In this document: piece after piece, positions 22,552 through 33,644 of the stretch
Numbering within the stretch: position 1 is the first letter of the stretch
How the letters are laid out: each line of letters opens with the position of its first letter
Assembly: GCA_965644295.1 (NCBI GenBank)
Contig: CBFFRP010000025.1
Coordinates: 62,001 to 126,000 of the forward strand
Reading direction: 5' to 3'
DNA from: Paraphysomonas bandaiensis
Taxonomy: Eukaryota; Protista; Chrysophyceae
DNA: 64,000 bases
The notes under the pieces: model-generated
Databases searched by the model: none
Told to the model about the DNA's origin: nothing
Seen by the model: only the letters and a program-made list of their open reading frames with translations
Made by a program: the position numbers and the translations under genes

Positions 22552-24699
22552 ATGCCTGCTCTCCCACCAATAGAACGCCCAGATAATGCATCCAAAGCTA
22601 AAAAGAAAGGCAGGAAGAAGCTTGCCGAGAAAAGACGAAGTATGCATGCACTGAAACTTCAAAGTTGCTGGAGAGGTCACCGTACTCGTAAGAGTATTGC
22701 TGACCAGATAGCTACTTCACAAGTCAAATCTGCAGCTCCTGACCCGGACAACGCCGAAGAAGAGATGCTAGAGAAATTCCAAAAAATTTCTTTTTCTGAC
22801 TTGGGTAGAGTTCAGTTTTATGTTGATAGAGGCGTTGGATTGCCTGTTAGTTGCACTGCAACTAGAGTGTCCGTATCATTGTTAACAGGGGACAGAGTTC
22901 CCGTCACAGGAACAGGTGGAACTCAATCTTATTCGGACCCCAGGTCCCTTTCATCCTCTCCTGACTTTGATCTATTTCTCACTTGGAAGGGTAAGTTTTT
23001 GTTTTCTGTCTAAGTACATTGCCTAAATTAGCTTTAGTACAAGATTTGGATCCCAGGTTAACGATATTGTGTCGAATTGATACACTAGAGAGAACTTCCT
23101 TGGAGCCGGTCACCGTGGGCTACGCAGCGCTGAAGTTATGTGTCGATAGTAAAGACGAGCAGCCCAGTTCTTCCAACTCTACAGATGTTTACCTCAATGC
23201 TGGGAGGTTCAAGCTTCCTTTAGTATTAGGTAGTATACCCGACTGGTGTGTCTTGACCGAGGAACGGATAGAGGATCTACCTCTAATGCCGGGAGCGTTT
23301 CTGGAGGTCCGATTATTTGATGCTGCAGTAGAAACCCCTTCAAAACCGTGCTTCAGTCAGAAGCTGGACCGGAATAGCGACACCTCTGTAGCGGGACTGC
23401 TGTACTCCACGTATGATAGTCATGCGGTGGTTGCTGCGGTAGCGGAAAGAGGATGGCCTGAACTTCCTATGTGGGATACTATAGGAGCTGATGTAGAAAT
23501 GGGGCGACAAGTTGAGGAGGAAGACTGGCGTATGTTGTGTCCTAAAGTAAGAGACTGGATGACTTCTGTATTTCCTGAAGTCAACAGCATGTACCATACC
23601 CTTGATCCGAAATATGCGGTGAGATATTGTGATGAACCGGGTGGTGGTGTGATGCTCGGGCTAGATCTACTATATAATATGCCTTTCTCTCGACTTGGAT
23701 CAAAGTCGAATAGAGTAGTGGGGTATAAGACGTCCTTTAGGTATCTACGTGCAAATCGTGAGCCTTTCGCGGGTGACACTAGTAACGATCCGAAGTATGT
23801 GTTCGATGACGTATCCCGGTTTTGGGACTTGGCGGCCTCGACTACTCGATGCCCAGTGTACGTAGACGACTTCAAAGATACGAGGTAAGCATGCCATTGA
23901 TAATAGGTATTATGCACCATATTCAGCTCTTGTGGTTTTCAATATTATTATATATATTCAATTGTGACGTAATATAACTTTATTTACATTCAGTGGAATG
24001 GACCTTGGACCTGAAGCATGCGTTCTTCTAATTGTGACACAAGTAGATATCATTTTCGAGTCAAGCACGTCGTTTGACCTCCACATGCCATTTTTAGATC
24101 CGAAACGGACGTGGTGGGGTATACTACCGCTAAGGCTAGATTCTCCTTTTTATGCTCCTGAAGGTTCTTTGTTGGAAGACAAAGAGTTCGATGGGGCATT
24201 TGCGAACAGTGGTACTCACCAAGTGCCTCTTTTTGAAGGTGTACCTCCTGCTACAATTATAGAATCGACCGATCCGCTATCATCTTTGTTAGATATATTG
24301 AAGGAGTTAGAGCCTGAGGATTCTGTTGGTTGTGTTTGCTGCGTATCGTCAGTCGACACAGCAGTTAAACCTGCGGAAGATATCGTATTATCGAAGAGTG
24401 GGGCAAGCGCCATTGTTAGAGTAGTTGATGCAAAGATGCTTCGGTTTTGCAACCTGCATATAAAGGTTGATGGCTCAATCACACCAGAGACGTCCACATT
24501 GAATAAGATACTTACTGCTCAGTCTGGATCAAAATCACGGAAGAAGTTGTTTCAGTACGACGCAATGAAGTATGAAGCAGAACCATCAATGGAATCCTTG
24601 ATATCCAGTGTATTCACTAATGATATGAATGTATTGACCGATTCAATAAATTCCAGGGCAGAAACGGATGCTCAAACTTATGTTAATAGTCTTCCATAG
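22552..24699 (+). CDS. uncharacterised protein with an N-terminal IQ motif and a probable C2-like beta domain, 3 exons
   Basis: IQ-like ALKLQSCWRGHRTRK. Three long ORFs (22552-, 23019-, 23998-) joined by GT-AG introns. Confidence 0.75.
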
Positions 24700-25014
24700 G
24701 TGTTTTGTTGTATGTACGTATTGCGAAGGTATCACTGTCGGTGACATATCTCGTTTTGCTATCTTTTACGCAATTAATGTATCCTGACGTATTGGGATAC
24801 GCATTGTTGTAATTAAGCGCACATTGAAGTCGTGCACACTTGATTTAGCGTTCGTTTCTTAAAAAGCTAAATACTTAAAGAGGACGTAAACTTCTTTCTT
24901 TTGAAGCTAAGTATAACATGTATCATGCTGTCCTGTATAATTCCGGCAATGAATTACACTATAAATAATTTCATACTATAGTTAAGGTATTTCCTACTAT
25001 TAGTTTTGACTGGT

Positions 25015-25577
25015 TAGCAGCAATTAATCAAAAAGGCAGTTAGCAATTACATTGCAAATAACTTACATGGAATATAAATTATAATTGCAATCATTTTATT
25101 GTTGCTGGAAGGTTGCAATTAATTGGAAATTACTTAGTATTTAGTCTAGGTACACAATATTAGAATTAGAATTTGGAAACCATTAAGGAGATGGCCATTT
25201 ATTACCCCTAATGGCTATTACAATAGTGGGAAGGCTGGCCTCCCATTATAAATTTACCTCTTCTTGAAGCATACATAATACATACTCCACTACTAATTGT
25301 GTAGAAAGGCTTTTCAGTAGAGCAAAAATCACAATAAGTAATCTGCGGATTTCCATGACACCTCATCGATCGGAGGCCCTTGTGTTCTAGGGCTTTCGTA
25401 GAGTTCTGTGAAATGCAAGTACAGAAGAAGATGCTATACGTGTTTGTTATGAGTAGCTATTTAAATAGACAATAATTGATAATTAAATTGCAATTATAAA
25501 TTCGCGAGCTATAACTAATAATTGCTAATGAGATAATTATTTGCAATTTAATTGCAATTAATTGTTACGTAGCCCTG
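25015..25577 (+). mobile_element. internally deleted hAT element with a transposase dimerisation-domain remnant and the family-1 right TIR
   Basis: 25282-25450 translates TNCVERLFSRAKITISNLRISMTPHRSEALVF* (disrupted), followed by AATTGC repeats and caattaattgttacgtagccctg. Confidence 0.8.
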
Positions 25578-25807
25578 GTTAGGAGATATATCGGTTTTAG
25601 ATCTTCTCTTCTTAATAATTCGAGCGTAATTAAAGTCCGATGACTACTCTTTGAAGCAATGAACGTCTTTTCACTTCTGCAAGTGTGGAAAAAGTTACTT
25701 CATTTAATTTATGAGTGCGAGACTTCAGAGAACCATCAATGCTTCGAGAGTAGCAGTTATATTAATACTATTAATTCAGGCATTTTTCCTGGCATTACTC
25801 GACGACA

Positions 25808-26617
25808 TCAGCCGTTGCCCAAGCTCGCATTACAAACAGCACAGTATGAATATATATGGTGTGTTTGCAGCTCAGAAGAATTCGTTTGACACGCACAGGC
25901 GCCGGGACTGGTCTCCAATGCTTTTCCCTGTGTACTGCGGCACCAAATAACGAGATTAACCCGTCTACCCGACTCAATTCGCCGAGCACCGTGACGATTC
26001 TTCCCGGCGTGAAGTATCGCCAAGCCAGCTTTGTTACAGTGCTCGTATAACTCTTGAGACTTGGCCGCCGTGTTCACGTGTGCGGGACATCGCTCGCCTT
26101 TGAAGTAAACATTCGCTCCTTCAAATTGATATCCTAAACAAAGGTTTAATGTAACGTGACTATCATCGACATGGAAACCAAGGTTGCGATCTCCATTTTG
26201 CTGATATTCAACAGTGAATGTGTGTTGGCTATCCAGTGTATCACCGAAATGATGAGGAAAAAGAACAGAAGTAATGGGTCGTAATTTAATCACAACATCA
26301 TCAAAAAAGTTTCCTAATCCCATTTCTTGAATAATGACGCCATAGTTATTCATACTATTCGGTCTGTTAAGGTGCAATTGACCCTCATTGGCCCATTTCT
26401 GAAACTGATCCAACTCTACTAAGAATCTTTCACACCATGATAATGAAAAAACTTTCAGTTCGAATACTCCAAGACCGACCTGGTTATTCTGCATTACAGT
26501 CTTTATAGTTTCATGATCTGAGCCTGAGAGTGTTATGAAGGACTCATCGAATGTCTCGGGATGGTGTGGGTCAGACAAGTTCGGATCATTCAGATTATAG
26601 AGAGTATGAGAGCACAT
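25808..26617 (-). CDS. OGFOD2: 2-oxoglutarate/Fe(II) dioxygenase, OGFOD2-like
   Basis: RPNSMNNYGV, LGFHVDDSHVTLNLCLG (HxD), HAGKNRHGA and RVNLVIWCRS. Single exon. Confidence 0.85.
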   Translation of the reverse strand: MCSHTLYNLNDPNLSDPHHPETFDESFITLSGSDHETIKTVMQNNQVGLGVFELKVFSLSWCERFLVELDQFQKWANEGQLHLNRPNSMNNYGVIIQEMGLGNFFDDVVIKLRPITSVLFPHHFGDTLDSQHTFTVEYQQNGDRNLGFHVDDSHVTLNLCLGYQFEGANVYFKGERCPAHVNTAAKSQELYEHCNKAGLAILHAGKNRHGARRIESGRRVNLVIWCRSTQGKALETSPGACACQTNSSELQTHHIYSYCAVCNASLGNG

Positions 26618-26882
26618 TAATAACGATATGAGTATAGTGCTCTGCTACTAGTTAGTCATGTGAGTGTAATGAGCGACAGTATGAGCATAGCAGACCAACC
26701 GAGGCAGACAGACACTGAGGACGGTTCCAAGAACAATCACTCCTTTTAACGGGGAAGTGTAGCCCGTACACTTCACGGCCTGTTTTTTTGTTCATGTTGA
26801 TATGGATATTCGACAGAATACAGCACTGTACTTCATACCGTATATGTCTCGAATACTGTCTCTGTAGTTCACGTCACCGTAC

Positions 26883-27021
26883 CGTATCGGCAGTCAGCAT
26901 CATATTTTTCGGAAATAAATTGAAGCAAAAATTCTCTATATTACTGTGATACAACTACGGCTGGAATACACATAATTGTTGTCTCAATATTAGAGGCATC
27001 TTGGAACAAAAATATACAAAG
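26883..27021. repeat. ~138-bp dispersed repeat (also 56884-57022 and partial 56713-56799)
   Basis: cgtatcggcagtc..ttttcggaaataaattgaagcaaa..caactacggctggaatac..aattgttgtctcaatattagaggcatcttggaacaaaaatatacaaag. Confidence 0.85.
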
Positions 27022-27162
27022 GATGCACGACAGTGCAGTGCAGTGCTTCATGGAGTAACAGTGCAGAGGCATTATACCATACACTGCAAACAAAACACAA
27101 CTTGGAATTGTACACTATACATCCACTTTGTTTCCTTGTAAAGTGACGTGCAATTTCAAGCA

Positions 27163-30100
27163 ATGGACGATACATCAAAGAGACAACTAGCTGACAATAG
27201 TGAGAGCGACAGCGATGATGACTATGGACCTGCACAGGTCCCACTCGGGGATGATGCTCAGCAGAAACAGGATGCACCTGTTAACAAGAAACGACGCAAA
27301 TTAATGCATCAAAAGGTCATCTAGTTCTTACTTTGCTTGAAATTGCATCACTGTAGTTTATGTGCAGCTGTTCATTGACAACTTGCCGTCTGCCACTCAA
27401 TATGAGAAGTCGTATATGCATAGAGACTTTGTTACTCATGTTGCAGCTGCTAGAGCAACTGATTTTTTGATTACTGGATCGTGTGATGGACATGTAAAGT
27501 TTTGGAAGAAGATGCTCGATGGTGTGGAATTTGTAAAGCACTTTGTGGTAATAACCCTTTGGATATAAACGTTATACAGGTTAACTTAATACGATACTAG
27601 GCACATCTTGGCCCTATCCACGCTTTGGTTGTGTCCCCTGATGGTCAAAAATTAGTGACAACCTCTGAAGACAGGTATATTATGGTCGTATAACAAGCTT
27701 TTGCTTTCATAAACTATATAGTACTAACAATCCCTGTGCTTGTAGGATGGTTAAATTCTTCGAGGTGACCTGCTTTGACATGTCCAACATGATATCACTA
27801 CCGTATGTACCTGATGCCGCATGCTGGTTGAGTAGTCACTACCGCTCCTCGCATGGTGGTTCTGCAGTGGCGGGTGGAATATATACTCGAGTTGCTATAG
27901 CGGACAAAGGTGGATGTCTAATAAGGATATATAAGACTGATGGCGGAGATTCCGAGCCCATTCAGGAGGTTACACTGCACTCTGCACCAGTCAAGTGAGT
28001 ATTCATCTTTTGTAAAAACATGGATTCCGTTATGTGAATGTATAGCTTCATCTCTTAACTCTAATGTGTGTTTGATATTCATAAAGGTGTATGGATTTGA
28101 ATGTTCCGATGGGTGTTGTGGTGAGTGCTGATGCCAGAGGCATGCTGGAGTACTGGTCGTGCGACTCTCTTACTTTTCCTGACCCCTTGACCACTCCGGA
28201 CATTCGTTTCAGATACAAGACAGAAACCGACCTTTATGACTTAGCGAAGGTGTGCAGTATGACAGAAGCATATCGGTTTGCTTTTACAATTTTAGAGCTT
28301 GTATATATCTTGTGCGTGTTAGTAAATGTCGTTCGTGGAGATGAACGTGGGGTGGAAATTGACTTTTAAAATTATCGAAATCTGTGCAACACTCGTGCCT
28401 GATACTAGTATGTCGCAGGTTAAGGTTGTTCCGTCCTCCGTGTGCGTGGCTGCCACCGGTTCTCTATTCTGTGTAACCGGAATGGATAAAAAGATCCGGG
28501 TATTTGATTTTCTTACTGGTAAACTGAAGCGGACCTACAACGAGTCCTCAAAAGTATATGATGGCAAAGGAAATATCGCTCTAGCTCAACTGTCTGAGCA
28601 TGATCTCGGCCGTAGACTTGCCACAGAGAGGGAATTAGAAGGCGACCTTGCTGCATTGGAAAGATGCAACGCTGTCTTCGATGAAAGTGGAAATTTCCTG
28701 GTACGTTATTGTAGCATTGCACTAATCCTGTCCGATGCAGCAGCAATCTTTGCAATGTGTTTAATGTGAATAATGCATACCATATATTTCTGCTGTTTTT
28801 TGACTAGTAAACGCACAGATCTATAGTTCTTTAGTGGGCGTCAAAGTTCTGAATATTGTAACAAATAGCGTCGCATGTGTACTGGCATCAGCAGAGCATG
28901 GCGAGAGGTTTTTGTCTGTGTCCCTTTACCAGGTGTGTACATTGTCAGGATCAAGCGTCGTCACAGTAGCTAATACTAATAACTCTATTGCTTCAAGCAA
29001 TAGATGTAGTGCAATAACAGCTAATTCGTGGTCAAATATAGCACTTACAAGTAATTTGCTTTGTCACTAATCTACAATGCATGTACATGCAGGGCACACC
29101 GAAAGTTGACATGCAAATGCTCTTGGCTCGTCAATCAGGAGCTGCAAAAAGCCAGACATCCGATGAGCTTTTAAGTCAAGTAAAGCCCGACCCAACTGCT
29201 TACTGTACGGCTTATAAACGTCGCCGTTTTTACTCTATATCTCAAAGGCAACCCGACGAGAGTCAAGAAGCACGGTTCGATTGTAGCTATATTGGAATAG
29301 AATATTGTGTTCATTGCTTTTTCTTCAGGGATGTTTTGAATGAAAAGCCTACTGAGGAAGAACGTGTATCCGTGTCTGTTGCAACGAGCAGGTAACCCAA
29401 CTATATATGTGTATTGTGTATTATATGCCGTTTGTTTGTATGAAATTGCCACTGCATTATGCTGGCCTAAACTACATTGGAATGTGTTACTTAAATATAT
29501 CATACTGTTGCTCAAGTGCTTGATACTTCTGCTATGATAGTGCTCTTGGAAGTGAGGCGATTATTCACACCACAATGGGGGACATCCACATAAAGTTGTT
29601 TGCGAATGAGTGCCCTAAGACGGTCGAAAACTTTTGTGTAAGCGAATAGGCTGTTGCGTATGAGATATTAGTTTTTCATATTGAATTCACAGACACATTC
29701 CAGAAATGGCTATTACGATAACATTAAGTTTCACCGAGTTATTAAGGGTTTCATGATACAGGTGAAGCCTAGTCAATCGTTATTGCGCTATAATATTTAA
29801 CTGGTCCCTTAGACTGGCGATCCACTGGGAGATGGGACTGGCGGGGAGTCGATTTGGGGTGGAGAGTTCCAAGATGAGTTTGTGCGGAATCTGAGGTACG
29901 CAGATGCTTTGAAGTATATCTCGATGATTGATGTTGACAGACATGATCGACCGTTCACTGTATCTATGGCTAATGCGGGGCCTAACACCAACGGGTCGCA
30001 GGTGAATGACATATATTTGTGATGCAACTATAAGGATTGTGTCTGTTACCATGTTGTTTTAGTTCTTCATTACAACCGCTCCTACACCCTGGCTAGACAA

Positions 30101-30287
30101 TAAACACACCGTATTTGGTAGAGTGACGAAGGGATTGGAGGTGTGCCTATATTATATACGACTCGATACGACTAACATTATATATACGGATCAGGTTGTG
30201 ACTGCCATAGAAAACCTGAAAGTTGATAAATACGACCGCCCCTGTGAAGTTGAAGTAAAGATGCTTAACGTTGACATCAAACGATAG
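27163..30287 (+). CDS. PPWD1: peptidylprolyl isomerase domain and WD repeat-containing protein 1 (spliceosomal cyclophilin), many exons
   Basis: [41 protein letters not shown] and RDVLNEKP. Cyclophilin domain: [51 protein letters not shown] and [12 protein letters not shown]. Confidence 0.95.
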
Positions 30288-30692
30288 GAAAACGGGGTGC
30301 GCAGTATTTAGTTTACCTCCCTCATTGCTCAATTATCGAGACTGCCCAATTCATACTGTTTTTATACCAGCCAAACTCTGGCTAGAGTGAGTTTAGGTTA
30401 GGATTTTTGCGTTATGTTGCTATCTGACAAAAGCAAAAGCTGCTCCAAAATCAGTATAATTAATTCATCATTTAAGTAGTTTTTATTACTTTATAATCAA
30501 ATTATTTCGTGTAAAATATGTTCTGCTCGTTGTCCAGAGCTGCCTGAAGACTATGTACGCCTTCATATACTTCAAGGAAAAAATTTCATCCATTTCGAAA
30601 TTTGCTTGCCAGTAGCTAATAACTCGTGGTGTGTTTTGTCTATTGTCTAATAGCTCGTCAAAATATTTATTGTACCTATAAAATACCAGTAG

Positions 30693-31118
30693 TGAATGTC
30701 TTATTCTTAGCAATAGGCGTTTAAGAGTCAGTGCTCAACTTTGATATCCTACTAGCAATTTAGTGCTACGAAAGCTGCTTGGACCAAGCATCAAGGACCA
30801 AGGTGCAACCATTTTCGCTCTATCACGCAAAGCAAACGCAGTGAGCAAGCAAAAAGTGTTGATATACCTGACACCTGTTGACTTCAGGATTTTTGAGTCC
30901 CTAAGGTGAGCCTATTCCTGGATGCTTGATTTTAGCAGGCAGCTTAATACCCCGGATGCCCTTGACGTGGGCACATTTCCGGATGCTTGTTTATTCGTTA
31001 GGAGCCAAAGACGTCTACTAAGTGTCCCTTGTAGCATATAAGCATTAGGCTATGAGTGGGCAGAACAATATCTGTTGACTGTATGTGCGTCTCGAGTTAG
31101 TTTCCGGAGGAATATCTC
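30693..31118 (-). mobile_element. CCCTCAAC element copy E (older, long variant, 5'-truncated)
   Basis: Diverged match from tgaatgtcttattcttagcaataggcg to gagttagtttccggagg; includes the extra segment. Confidence 0.8.
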
Positions 31119-31214
31119 GTATGAAAGAATTTCAAGTCGTCCCTTAATTGTAACTACCGTTCTTAATGATTTCCAACTTCTAATTCTAATATTCTGTCCT
31201 TGTACTATATAGTT

Positions 31215-31327
31215 AATAATTGCCAATTTTTAATTGCAACCTTCCAGAGAGCAATTAGAATTGCAATTATTACGTACGTATATTCCATGCGATTTAATTG
31301 CAATTCAATTAACTGTTACGCAGCCCT
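31215..31327. mobile_element. hAT MITE family 1 fragment (right end)
   Basis: AATTGC repeats ending caattaactgttacgcagccct. Confidence 0.7.
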
Positions 31328-31613
31328 TATAATTCTGCCAGCTTGGCATGCTCCATTTCAATTAGAATTAGACTTATTACATCACGTTGTCAGAAGCAAG
31401 CCTACATGATCAAAGTTGTCAAACGAAAGCAAATAGCGTTCAAGAAAATGTGGAGTCCCGCCTATATAATTCAATAGAAGAATGTAAGCTTTAGCCTTTT
31501 TGATAATGTGATATGTGATGTTTCTACTATTTGCACTCCAATTGTAACTTCCCGCGTATAAATAATGAAGAAAATTTTGATCAAATATAATTGCAATTAC
31601 TATATAATAGTCT

Positions 31614-32056
31614 CCCTCAACAAAGTCGGACTCGCACCTTTTCGTGGTGTTCTGGGGAATAACTACCGGAGAGATTATCTCTGGGAAACTAACGTGAGCC
31701 GCAAACATAGTCAGCAGATAATGGACATCTATAAGTGTCACTTGTGTAGACGTCTTTGGGTTCTGACGAATAAACAGGCATCTGAAACAGGGCCTACCTG
31801 AAGGGTAACCGGGGTATTGGGCTGCCTGCTGAAGTCAAGCATCCGGGATGTTCACCTTAAGAAATCAGAACGGAAGTGGTTGCACTTTGGTGCTTGCGGC
31901 GACGCACAAGCAGCTTTCGTAGCGTTAAATAGTAGGATAATAGAGTATGTACTGATTAGCTACAGGTAGAGGTTTAACTAGGTTGACTAGCATTTATCTA
32001 GCTACTAAATCGGTGCAGGCTTTTAACGCCTATTGCTAAATAAAAGACTCTCAATA
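31614..32056 (+). mobile_element. CCCTCAAC element copy F (both ends intact, short variant) with 13-bp TSD
   Basis: Starts ccctcaac and ends gactctcaata. Flanks TATATAATAGTCT (31601-31613) / TATATAGTAGTCT (32057-32069). Confidence 0.92.
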
Positions 32057-32670
32057 TATATAGTAGTCTATTAATTGCTACGCATCCTTGGTAAACACTC
32101 ACTCTATCAAAATTTTGATAAATATTTCTCATAATATCATGCAACTTGCTACATTGATTGGCCTCACTAGTCACTACTGTAGCCAATCAATAATTTACAA
32201 CGATCACGATAGTATACTCTCATTAGACTTCATCAATCCCATATAATGCTGTCTTTAGCTACCGTGTTCACAAACGGCAGTAATATGAAAACCACAGACT
32301 ACAGCAATCAACTTTAAGCACAACTACGCGTAGAAAGTGAACGTCTGTAAGCGCTGGCTATTCTGAAAATTAATGTAGAATATTTATATTCCGAAAAATA
32401 TATTAGGCACATTGACCAAGTCATTGCTATATATGTGGTTCATGCGCTATAGTAGTCATCATCGTGAAGATTAGATCAGCGAATGCATCGCCTAGTTTGC
32501 AACTTCTATTTCATTCACAACATGTTTGACTTAATAATTATAATAATGGCATGCCTTACAGGAAAACCCAGATGAAAATGAAATTGAGAATAGGCACATT
32601 CTAATAAAACGATAGTCGCTTATTGACATCGTGTTGAAGAAGGGAATTCCGGATCCAGATGCGAAAAAAC

Positions 32671-32948
32671 TTAGCGACGTGAACCTGACTTACCAGAATT
32701 ACTTGGAGGAGTATACTTAACACTCCCAACACCACTTGTTCCCGGATTGTAGTATGTAGATCCATTATCATTCGCATAGTAATACGAACCATTTGCATTC
32801 GAGTAATGATAACTCGATCCACCAGATGAGTTTGTTCCACCGGGTGTGTTGTAAGTGTTACCTTGACTGTTTGTTCCGTGACCTGCAATGCATGATCATA
32901 CTATACAGTTACAGATGTGTAATACTCAGAGCTCTAACCTCTTGGCAT
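32671..32948 (-). CDS. small (~74 aa) G/S/N/Y-rich protein, not in the ORF track
   Basis: ATG at 32948 and a gttaga..ttgcag intron give MPRGHGTNSQGNTYNTPGGTNSSGGSSYHYSNANGSYYYANDNGSTYYNPGTSGVGSVKYTPPSNSGKSGSRR*. Resembles a small uncharacterised fungal/protist family as recalled. Confidence 0.75.
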
Positions 32949-33644
32949 GGTGTACAAGTCAACAGAGTAGTGAGTGATATACGATTATTAACTATTATAG
33001 AATCTTGACAGCAATGCTCCTTGATGGTGCTGCTCCATGCATATACACAAGCATTTGGTGTCACTGCTGCTCGTTGTCCCAACTCACCACAACTTAACTT
33101 ACATCTAGACTTAATGGAAACTACCCGGACAAAATTAAGATTTCTTGTAATTTTTGAAAGGTGTATGGTAAAAAGCTCCATTTTTTCGACTGAAAAATGA
33201 TTTTATGAAAATTTTTGATGCGAAAGTACCGATTTTTACATGACAAAATTCTGTATACAATATACACAACTTCACACCTACAGCAGATCTAAAAAAAAGA
33301 TATGATCTGTATGTGTGTTATTGCGGGCAGAGATCCGTCAATACGGAGTGCAGCGTGTGTGTTATGATATGGAGTATGAGCTGAGGATGCGGGCGGGACG
33401 TAGTATATTTTTGTTCAAAGATGCCTCTAATATTGAGTCAACAATTATCTGTATTCTAGTCGTAGTTGTATTGCAGTAGTATAGATTAATTTTGCTTCAA
33501 TATATTCCCGAAAACGATTCTGACTGCCGATACGGATGTAAAGGATGATTTAGAGCATATGATACGAGCATTAGTTCACTTCACAGAGACTGAAGATCAC
33601 CATATATACACACCACCACCACCACCACCGCCACTACTAATAGA

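Noticed and set aside
23420-23920. Long antisense ORFs overlapping real genes (e.g. 23420-23920, 53272-53724, 63023-63394)
   Set aside because: Shadows of genuine coding frames with no independent motifs.
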